A stretch of 63,608 nt of DNA, filler included, from Pelomyxa schiedti (taxonomy: Eukaryota > Protista > Evosea), in the NCBI GenBank assembly GCA_020536535.1. It is 8 parts of 8 records of this genome, joined end to end, with 100 filler letters (N's around TTAATTAATTAA, not from the genome) between each part and the next. Parts side by side here need not be neighbours in the genome. Positions count along the whole stretch, not along the records: positions 1 to 19,330 come from JAHLWZ010000474.1; 7 more parts are not named here. One strand, 5' to 3'. A program made the position numbers and the translations under genes. Positions within the stretch are counted from its first letter, which is position 1; the number at the start of each line of letters is the position of its first letter. The notes under the pieces are model-generated. The model had not been told where the DNA came from and did not search any database. It saw nothing but the letters and a program-made list of their open reading frames with translations. Of the stretch, positions 1 through 10,030 are shown piece after piece.

Positions 1-9
1 AGCAACACC

Positions 10-517
10 TTGCCCACGTCTCCACCCCAAACGAGACCTGCAGTGGTGGCTCAAAGTGGTACACCAACCCGCACAACCTCCACAAGTGGTGCCCCTCGCC
101 CCCTTCCTTCCCCTGCTCCGCGGGACACTCCAACATCCAAGCCGAGTGGGGTCCTCGGTCGTGCTGCGTTCTTCAACGGGCTCGCCAGGGGCGCCCCAAC
201 CCCCGACGCGAACACCGACGCAACTACAACGCGTCAACAGAACACCGTGAACAGCGGAACCCAATTGCGGGGTTCCTCGTCTTCCTCGGGCACAGTTAAA
301 CCTACTGCGGCTCCAACGACGACCGCGAAGGGAACAACCGGTACCGCGGACGCGACACCAGCTCGTCGGACTCTCCCGCCTCCTCCTACGGCTCACCCTC
401 TTCCTCCGCCTTCTTCTTCTTCTTCTTCTTCTTCTTCTTCCTCGGCATGTACTTCCACGGTGCCGAGCGTTGTTGGGTACGAGGCGTTCCAAAGAGTGTT
501 GCGCGACCGCGCCGCGT
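10..517 (+). CDS. Partial 5' exon (Pro/Thr/Ser-rich N-terminus) of a further kinase-SEL1 gene copy, cut by the window start and an N gap
   Basis: Near-identical to ~10088-10597 (PTSPPQTRPAVV...VVGYEAFQRVLRDRAA) apart from small indels. Confidence 0.7.
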
Positions 518-617
518 NNNNNNNNNNNNNNNNNNNNNNNNNNNNNNNNNNNNNNNNNNNNNNNNNNNNNNNNNNNNNNNNNNNNNNNNNNNNNNNNNNN
601 NNNNNNNNNNNNNNNNN

Positions 618-856
618 ACCCACCAAGCCGGAGTGACTGGGACATGGAGCAGTACAGCTACTTCCAGTGCTCCAAAAAACTCGATCCGCGGTCCACTGAT
701 TTCCTCATTGGTCTCATCAGCACTGTGATATGCCTCACGATGATTGTCTTTGCTGTTGGCGCCGTTCTCGCCTCACTAGCCCGACCAAAATTCAACCCAC
801 CAAAGCCTGAGGCCGACACATCTGCCCCCCTGTTTGATCCCAATGCCGACTTGTAA
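618..856 (+). CDS. C-terminal fragment of a probable single-pass membrane protein
   Basis: Frame open from the gap: hydrophobic stretch FLIGLISTVICLTMIVFAVGAVLASLA, then a short tail and TAA. Confidence 0.45.
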
Positions 857-1109
857 AAACCGAGGTGACGAAAAGGCCATTGCTCGACTGAAGGACCTTG
901 GCGTCTCGCTGTCAACTGGTAAAAACACCTGAAGGGTTGTTGTGCCCAACCTTTTTTCTTTGGGAACTCTTCAAAGAGGATTTCATTGAGGTTCACAGAG
1001 GAAATCCAAAAAAAAAAAGATAGTGGTCAGCAACCCTGTCTGGCTGGACCGAGTCCCAAATCCTTATTAAAATTGGAATCAAAATTCCTTTTAATCGAAT
1101 TGTTTTGTC

Positions 1110-2503
1110 ATGAGCTCTTCTTCTCCATCTGCAACGACAACAAATTCGGCGCCAGCAGTAACGCCGGATGTTCCCCTCGAAGTCCGCTCTCCCCCTCCCC
1201 CATTTTCTTCAAGTCAATCAGTGGGACATGGGGCGAGTGTTGATTGTGTTGTTGTTGGCCGCAACGGCGATGTGGCTTACCCGCGAAACCAAATGATGCT
1301 GGAGGCTCTCGCCCAGTTGGAGTTGGGAAACATTTACTCCGCTCTTGGGCTCGTTGCGAATGCAACTTCCATGTTTGGTGGTGACGGAATCACTGGTGAC
1401 TGAGACTGCCCTTTTTTCTCCTTTTTTCCTTCCCTCTGCTTTAAAATTATTTCCAAGCTTCTGAAAAAAAAGATGGTGAGGAACCAGAGGCCAAGCCTTT
1501 GCAGGAGTGCAAATACCTTCCTGGGTTGATGTTCATTCATTGCCTTCGTTGTGTCTTCAATGATCACGTGGCGTTGCACCAGCACATACCAAAGAGCCTG
1601 TCACTCGCTTTCTCGCATTCTCTTGGCTGCTCCACAACTTCAATGAAAGCCCATTGCATGAGCGTCTTGAACCTTGCACCTGCAGAAGTAATAGCTGAGT
1701 GGCATCACTTAGTCATTTCAGCGAGAAGGGCTTCCCAGCAATCACCAGCAACAGAACAGCAGTGGGCTGCGCTTTATTTTGTGGGCTTGTGGAGGACTTA
1801 CTGTTCTGATATCCAGTGCACATGTTACAGTGCAGTACCCGTTTGGGAGGAACTGAGCTCCAAGATACCAACTGAACATGCCAGTTGCCCTCTTGGACAC
1901 ATGTACTGGTGGGCCTCCTCTCTGGCACATCTGGGCCACTGTTATCTCTTTGGCCTTGGCGGTGTTGTAAAGGATATGAACAGGGCAGTGACACTATACC
2001 AGAGGTCCGCTGATGCTGGCAGTTCCCTGGGAATGGTCAACATTGCTGTGTGTTTCGGGAAAGGTGAAGGTGTGGAGAAGGACAGCCACCACGCTGTGGC
2101 CCTGTTCGAGAGGGCCTCTGAGGCTAGTGACACCATTGGAATGTACAACCTTGGTGTGTGCTGGGGCACAGGTTCCGGGGTTGACCATGAGGACATGCCA
2201 AATGCAGTGAGACTGTTCCAGAGGGCCTCTGACGCTGGGAATGCCATGGCAATGTTCAACCTAGGGGTGTGTTGTCATATGGAAAAGGACACCCAAAAGG
2301 CAGTCGCACTGTACCAGAGGGCAACCGATGCAGGCATCAGCGCGGCAATGTACAGCCTTGGTGAGTGTTACTACAATGGCACTGGTGTTGACCAAGATTC
2401 AGGCAAGGCTGTGGCACTGTGGGAGAAGGCTGCCGATCTCGGCAACGAGGAGGCCGTTGCTCGATTGAGAGAACTAGAGGAGCCTGATCCACAGGAACCG
2501 TGA
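1110..2503 (+). CDS. Kinase-less SEL1-repeat protein (helical domain + 5 SEL1 repeats), 2 exons
   Basis: Exon 1 ends RNQMMLEALAQLELGNIYSALGL, homologous to RNEMMLEALSQLHLGNIDSALG of the neighbours. A GT..AG intron at ~1381-1472 restores the frame into ORF 1499-2503, which has AMxNLGxC..G.GV..D..KAV.LYQRA.DAG repeats. Confidence 0.8.
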
Positions 2504-3467
2504 TGCTTCTAAATCCAAGAGCCATTTTGTTTTTCCAAGAAATTTGTTCCTTTATCCCATAAAGGGCACTACGCACATCATAAACCAGTTCTAACGGTTA
2601 GAAACAAGCAAGATGAGTAATGTTTTTCTATTCGACTTTGGCCACAATTAAACAATTTTGGTTCGGCTTAAGAGCGCGAGACTTTTCTCGTGCGGTGATC
2701 CGGTGTTCTGCGGTTAACGTCGTTCGGTGACGCCGTCGTGGATTTCGCTGCTGTCTCGGCGCGATCCTTGATGTCGGTGCCGACGTGATCAATCTGTGGA
2801 TTCCATTCCCGCGCATTAGCTTCGCGGCCATCATGTTGATCATCGGCCGACACGCGTCGTGGCGGCACAAGTACAACAGCGCAACCACGGGGGACGACAA
2901 GGACGACGATACCGTACGCAGCACAAACCCGTCGCACAAAAAACACGCACGCACACCGACGCCACGGCAACACGGAGTTATATTACGGCGCGTGTTAACT
3001 AGTTCCAAGATCCCGATCCTGTGGGGCAGCGGCAGACTCTCGGCAGGATCTCGGCACACTCTCTCGGGGGGGCGAGGGACATCCAGCTCTGTCCACCGGC
3101 AAAAAAACTCCCCGCCGGCGACTAGCACTCACTCGCAGTGGCTTCCGTTTGCAGACTCGCCGCGGAGACTCGGAGCAGGGCAACAGTGTGGTGAGAGTGG
3201 CGGCGAGGACTTGGCTGTCCGCCACAGACACACTCTATTCACAATGACTGGGGGGGGGCACTCTCTCGTATTTTGACGATGATGATGAGGACGATGTTTT
3301 ATACGTGGACGGACGGACCGAGATATTCCTTTTGCACAACAGTTTTACCAACTGGATCCCTACCTCTCTGGGGCTGCTATATTTGGGGCTTTTCATTCCC
3401 TTCCCAATTTTCTGTTCTCACCAACCAAAATAGAATTTCATTTTCCCCCCAACCAACCCCAACCTTC

Positions 3468-3695
3468 ACTCGAGAGCGGACCCCCATAGCGTGGGGCTGA
3501 TGGAATGGGTGACATCCTTGCAGGCTACCCCCAACCCCCTCGAGCCCAGCACACACGCGACCCGTGTGCTCGATCTGCAGCGGCGGCGTTGGCGACGTGT
3601 TGGGCTCTACCCCCCCTTTTTTTTTGCCTGCAGGATTCCACCCAATCTGTCAGGACACCCCCCAGTGCTAGAACTCAAAGGGGTCTCTCTCGGGT
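3468..3695 (+). ncRNA. Candidate structured rod-like RNA element, copy 1
   Basis: Nested helices with G-U pairs: ACTCGAGAG(C)GGACCCC/GGGGTCTCTCTCGGGT, TAGC/GCTA, TGGGG/CCCCA, CTGATGGA/TCTGTCAG, TGGGTG/CACCCA, ATCC(T)TGCAGGC/GCCTGCAGGAT, GAGCCCAGCAC/GTGTTGGGCTC. Confidence 0.45.
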
Positions 3696-4344
3696 CTATC
3701 TTGATGGAGTGTGGAGAGTTCGAAACAAAGCAGTATCAAATCCCCTCAATCTCGTTACTAAAAACGATATAGAAGATGGAAGATGGAGATATGATGTGAT
3801 CTTATGTGATGTGATGTGATGTGACGTGACGTGACGTGACGAGGATTTTGTACTTTTTCAGAAAGCAGACTCTTCGCTGGTTGTCATCAGGGGAGGGTGG
3901 AGCGACAGTTCTGTCCGCCACCAAAAACACAAACTCCCCGGCGATGCAATGCAATACAGTGGCACGGAGACTCAGACTCAGCTGGCGGGTTTTTAGGGTG
4001 GTGGTGAGGACTTGGCTGTCCGCCGCGTACACTCTCTTCTTCTCTGCGTTTTGGCTGTGGCTATATGAGGCTACCATTACGATAATTTACGCACGGTCAT
4101 CACCTTGGGGGGGCACTCTCGACTTTGTCACGATATATAAAATTTTCCCGGCAGTAGTACATCCGAATTCCTTCATACAGTTTTACTAACTGTTCCATGA
4201 TGATACCCGACATTCCCACGAAACTCTTAACTGCTATATTGGGGACCATTTCATTATTATATTCCCAGTTTGTTCTTCCCTGTAACAGAAGTGACTCATT
4301 TCCCAAATAGGTGGTGCTTCTTTCATCATTTCCCCCCAACCTTC

Positions 4345-4565
4345 ACTCGAGAGCGGACCCCCATAGCGTGGGGCTGATGGGTGGGTGACATCCTTGCAGG
4401 CTACCCCCAACCTCCTCGGGCCCAGCACACACGCGACCCGTGTGCTCGATCTGCAGCGGCGGCGTTGGCGACGTGTTGGGCTCTACCCCCCCTTTTTTTT
4501 TGCCTGCAGGATGCCACCCCACCTGTCAGGACACCCCCCAGTGCTAGAACTCAAAGGGGTCTCTC
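4345..4565 (+). ncRNA. Candidate structured rod-like RNA element, copy 2
   Basis: Same helices as copy 1, with a compensatory A-T to G-C change (4381/4522) and an A-T to G-T change (4419/4482). Confidence 0.45.
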
Positions 4566-5303
4566 CCTCACTGTGGAATTGTAGAGCCGACGAGAGTTCG
4601 AAACAAAGCAGTATCAAATCCCCTCAATCTCGTTACTAAAAACGATATAGAAGATGGAAGGAAAGTGGGAGATGGAAGGGACGGGACGTGGCATTACGGG
4701 GAGTGAATCATGTGTGTTGATGAGAATTTATTTTTGAGAGAGTTCTCTGTGGTGCCGCTTAGCGGAGTTAAAAGGTGTTTCTATTTTCTATTATACCGTG
4801 ATGTCTCATTGTTATCAAAGGGTGCCTCCATGATGTCTCACACGCAGATACTATGTGCCCTGGCGGAACCTTTGGAAAATATATGAAGGCCTAAAAAGCA
4901 GCAGGTTTTTCACTTCCGCAAGAAAAAAAAAACCCAACCCATTTTTACTAGGTGGGAGAATTTTGTGGGAATTCCCACTGACCGGCGCCTCTCAAGGCAT
5001 GCATGCTTTTTACGGACAGGGTGTCACTAGACACCTCAAGAAAACATCACACGCCCATCAACAAGGAACATCCCAAAAGAGCACAAATGGCACACACTCT
5101 CCTTACCACCAACCCTCTCCTCTCACAGGGAAAATAAATGCTCTTATGCTTCTTTACCACCTGTAATTATCTCGAGACTCACCCATTCACACTGCAAGGC
5201 CCCAGAATTGAGAACCCTCCGTAATTAAAACAAACTAAACAACATCTCCTCACTCCGGAGATTCGCAGAAATCCATCACAGCAGCTAGCTACAAAAGAGC
5301 AGG

Positions 5304-8300
5304 ATGTCCGCCCGCCAACCAACGGGCGCAACGACGTCGGGCTCGAAAGCAACGACTGCATCGACGACTGCATCTACGCTCCTGCCGCGAGAGACGCCGG
5401 GCGAAACGACCCCAACTCCTACCACCTCGTCGGCCAGTCCTCGCCCGCTCCCCCGTGCCCCTCGTGCGCTCCCTCAAACTCCTCCGGTTGGCCCTGGTCC
5501 TACCCCAGGTGGCGCGCAGCCGCCACCGACACCGACGCCCACGGCCACGCCTGCCACGCCTACAACGCCGCCCACGCCGGCGCGACCTATGCCCCGCCCC
5601 CTTCCTCGCCCGGTGTCGATGTGGCCCCAAGCACGGGGCGGTGGTCTGGCCCTCGGCGCGGCCGACACAGAAAGACCGCGAGAGTGGCCCCCCTCTAGAG
5701 GGGTGATATCGCGTCCTCTCCCTCCGTCGACGAAGCCCCGGTCTGCGACGCTCCATCGTACCACATCCCTGCCGCCAACGCCTTCCCGATCTACACAGCC
5801 TGTTTCATCGCCATCGCCGTCGCCGTCGCCATCATCAGTACCAACAGCGGCCACGGCGGGGCGTCGGCCTCCTTCGGGGTTAGTTGTGAGTAGTTCTGCC
5901 GAATCAACAACACAAACCGCCACACCTTCATCCCCGGGAATCACCGGGCACAGCTCTTCTGAATCAACGCAAACCACCACACCTTCATCACCAGTTACGA
6001 GTAGCCACCAGCCTCGCTCGGCACTATCACCTGTGCATACACCCCCTTCATCATCGACGGGAATAGTTGGAACTGCTGCGGCACATCATCAGCCTGTGGC
6101 ATCAACAGCTACACCGCGCCCTTCGTCACTTCCAGCACATTCTCGTCATTCGTCGTCACTTACTACACCGCCCCCTTCACCTGTACCAGCGTCACCAACA
6201 AAGGCATCTTTGTCGTCGCCAGAAGCCACGCATCCCCCAACATCATTATCACCAACTGCACCAGAGAATCCTTCTCCTTCGAAATCGCCGGTGGTGCGCA
6301 ATCCAAACAGACAGAGCGTTGTTGGTTATGAGGAGTTCCAAGACGTGATGCGCCGTCGTGCTGAGTTCTTCACGAAGATGGCAGGGTCGGCCAGTGTTGA
6401 AGACTTACAAAACTCGCCGGGGAGTATGATTGTGTCACCGAACTTCAAGCTTGTGCGGGAAATCGCACATGGTTGCAATGGTACCTCACCAATTCAGGCA
6501 CATGCATCCCCCACAATTCACTCACGCACGCACAGGGTTGTGGGGAGGAAAACGCACTCACGCGAATCGGTGAATTCACATGAATTGACAGGGATCGTGT
6601 TTGAGGTGAAGTGCATTGGGAAGGGACACCCTGAGTTGTTCAGGGACCAGTCTTATGTACTGAAGGCTATCTTCAACTATGGTGTGACAACAAGGAGTCT
6701 TCAGAATGCCTTTGAGGTATGTGCTCCTTTGTTCTCCTCGTTGGCCTTTTTCCTTTCTGTGTTGGCCCCACTGCTCTCACAGCAGTTTTTCCCTCCAGAA
6801 TGAATACCTCATGTCATCCACATTGGAACCACACCCAAACATAAACCGATACTTCTGTCACTTCACGGACCGCATCCCACAAGAGTATTACAATCACCTT
6901 CCAGAGGTGGCCAAGGAGCTCGCATTTGACCCAATGTATAAAAGGATGCATGCGTGCATTTGGGTTGTTTTGGAGCATCATTCTGAGACGTTGGAGCAGT
7001 TTCTGAGACACCTCAGCACCCAACATCCACAAGCAGCAACAACCACACCATGGCCCATTGTTCACAAGTACTCAAGGGATATATGCGCCGCCCTTGTGCA
7101 TCTTTTCGTGAATCGAACCATTCACTTTGACGTCAAGTTGGACAACATCGTAGTTTCTTCTGTATGCTTACTTTGATATTTTACTAAAATAATATATTAT
7201 ACAAAAACAAATAACAAAACAACACAATAACAGAACAAAGAGCAAGCAATTTTAATTGATCTTGGCTGTGCCAAAAAATTTCCAAGGGCAAGTGACAGCA
7301 ATAAGGAATTTGAGATTAAAACAAAGACTCTCACTTCAGTGTCAGGAAACCTATGTCACAGAGCACCCGAAATCGTCAATGGACTTGCACGATACACACA
7401 GAACCCTGATAAAAGTTCAATGTCGTGTTGTGAGAAAGTAGATTCCTACACCTGTCTTTATTTGCTTTTAATACCACAAAATAGCAACCATCATTTGAAC
7501 TTGGATGCATATTGTTTGAATTTTCAATGTGCGGACGGCACCCATTGCCAGGATACCCTACACCCAGCAGATTTTCGTTTGAGAGTGAGGAACAGTTCCC
7601 GATGAAACCACCGGCATTTCCAAAGGAGTTCTGCAACCTCGTTAGATCGTTGTTGCAGTTTGACCCAGGCAAAAGGATGTCTCTGTTGGAAGCATCAGAG
7701 GTGCTGGCAAATATTGATCCATGCCCTGATGATCTCCTCCCATTTTACAATTGCATTGTGTGTCCACTGAATGATGCAGGTTTGAGGAATAATACCAGCT
7801 CCATGTTTTTTCTGAATCCCAACAACACAGGAACCCTGACGGCCAAAGCAACATGTGAGATTCTTTGTGGTGCTGCCAAAGACTGTGTTGACACCATCCA
7901 CAAGGCTCTGGAACTTGAATCTTCCTTTTCCCCAGCATTGCTGCTTTTGCATTATCTCACTTCTTGTTCTGACGTTGCTCTGTGCCCTACTGACTGTAAT
8001 CATCAACAAGAAATCCATGGAGCCCTCACAGGTAAGACGGCCACATTCACAGCCGCAGATGTGGAATTCACAAGAGCTATTATCAACAAGAAACACAGAA
8101 CAACACTCCCCGAGTTAGTTTTGACAGCACTCTGGACAAGGCACATTTCCCACGAACCTTATCTTTACAGCACTGTCACTCAGTTGCTTTTGAAGAAGGT
8201 TCAAACAGCTGCAATCCAACAACCAGAAATACTTGTATCCCGGCTTTTGCGGGATGTCATTCGCACACGAAACGAGATGATGCTTGAGGCACTTTCTCAG

Positions 8301-9839
8301 TTACATCTGGGAAATATTGACTCTGCCCTTGGTTTTGTTGCCGCTGCAACTTGTCTGTTTGATGGTTATGAGATGCCCTACATCAATCGTATGTGAAGTG
8401 TCACCGTTTCTTGTTTAATCCAACCAAAAAAAAAAGGGACACATTCACGTCAATACATGTACCTACCTGGATTGCTTTTCCTTTATTGTCTCTGCTGTGC
8501 CAGCAATGACCATGTCACTCTGCACCAACGCATACCAACAAGCCTCTCACTGTACTTTTCCCGTGCCCTCTCTTGCTCCGCCGAGGTAATGAAACTACAT
8601 TGTGAGGGTGTATTGAGCACTCTATTCAGTATCAACACAAAAGGGTGTGTGGCTGAGCCAAATTTAGTGGATGTAACTGGTGAGTGGCAAGAGCTTGTCG
8701 TAATATGCTCGGCACACAAGGCTGCTTCACAGTCAGGAACAGAATGGCCGTGGGCCCACAAATATTTTGTTGCCTTGTGGAGGACTTTCTGCCGTAAGAA
8801 CTACCAAAGTGCAAGTGCAAGTGAAAGTGCAGTGGCTATTTGGGAGGAACTGAGTACCAAGGCAGTATCAGCAACCTCTGACCACCCTCAAATTAAAGCT
8901 TCCTCTAATTCACACCTGGGTTTCTGTTATGAATTTGGGCTTGGTGTGGACAAGGACATTCACAAGGCAATGTCAATGTACCAGAAAGCTGCTAATGCCG
9001 GTGATGCCAAGGCAACACTCCACCTTAGTGCCTGTCATGAGCATTTCACGGACATTCACAAGGCAGTGGAACAGCACATGAGGGCCGCTGATGCTGGTAA
9101 TGCTGTGGCAATGTACAATCTTGCCGTGTGTTACGAGAATGGCCAAGGTGTTGGCAAGAATACAACTGAGGCAGTGAGACTGTACCAGAACTCCGCAAGT
9201 GCTGGTAATACCTCCGCAATGTGCAACCTCGGTGTGTGCTATGAGAACGGCGATGGTGTTGCCAGGGACGTACCAAAGGCAGTGTCATTGTACCAGATGG
9301 CTGCCGATGCCGGCGACTCTACGGCAATGTGCAACCTCGGTCACTGTTTTTACAGCGGCAATGGCGTCGCCAAGGAAATCCCCAAGGCAGTGTCACTGTT
9401 CCAGAGGGCTGCAGTAGCCGGCGATGCCAGGGCGATGTACAACCTCGCCGTGTGCTACGGCAATGGCCAAGGTGCCGACCGGGACATTCGCAAGGCGCTG
9501 GTGCTGTACCAGGGGGCAGCCGACCGCGGCCACGCAATGGCTATGTACAACCTTGCTGTGTGCTATGCCGATGGGGCTGGTGTTGACAGGGACCCCCACA
9601 AGGCTGTGGAACTGTTCCGGCGGGCTGCTGATGCCGGGGAGGCCAAGGCGATGTTCAGCCTTGCTGTGTGTTATGAAGCTGGCAGAGTCGTGCCCCAGGA
9701 CATGGGCAAGGCTGTGGCACTTTACTCTGCGTCTGCCGAACTAGGCCACAAGGGTGCCATTGATCGACTGAGTGATCTAAGAGATCTCCAGTCCGGAGAG
9801 CAGGGAAGAAAGACCACAAGGTCCGGGAAAAAACCTTGA
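5304..9839 (+). CDS. Pro-rich N-terminus + PINK1-like Ser/Thr kinase + helical domain + 8 SEL1 repeats (multi-exon)
   Basis: Spliced motifs IAHGCNGIVFEV, YVLKAIFNY, HPNINRYF, HFDVKLDN, IDLGC, GNLCHRAPE. Introns include 6481-6591, 7780-7830 and 8365-8436. The terminal exon holds 8 SEL1 repeats. Confidence 0.85.
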
Positions 9840-10030
9840 TCGATCAGTATCCCTTTTGGAATTTGTGGGAAATCGGTTTTTGTTGAATACGTACGTTTAC
9901 CATCACCATCAAGAAACATTCCTCTCTCACCAACTTCGTTTTTTTGGAAGGGCGGAATAAAATAATCAACAGACCGTAACGCTGTCATTTTCGTAATCAT
10001 CGCCCAGTCTAGGCGGTGTTTTAAACACAC

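Larger units (their letters stand above)
3050..4660. repeat. Tandem duplication with a period of ~0.85-0.9 kb; diverged 5' part and highly conserved 3' ~330 bp
   Basis: 3458-3785 matches 4336-4660 closely; 3065-3240 loosely matches 3890-4040 (shared gaggacttggctgtccgcc, cggagactc). Confidence 0.8.

Noticed and set aside
1-517. Near-identical copies flanking N gaps (1-517, 18116-18720, 39687-40135) as proof of very recent gene duplication
   Set aside because: They cannot be distinguished from uncollapsed haplotypes or scaffolding artefacts without reads.
2893-2910. gacgacaaggacgacgat resembles FLAG-tag coding sequence
   Set aside because: Incomplete match (DDKDDD), and it is present with variation in the natural duplicate near 19240; coincidence.
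3497-3726. Hammerhead ribozyme or SRP RNA identity for the rod element
   Set aside because: The core reads CTGATGG, not CTGATGA, and is base-paired; no SRP helix-8 motif or GNRA loops were found on either strand.
3505-3819. Duplicated small ORF MGDILAGYPQPP (also 4381-4584)
   Set aside because: The second copy lacks the ATG and the C-termini diverge; conservation is better explained by RNA structure.
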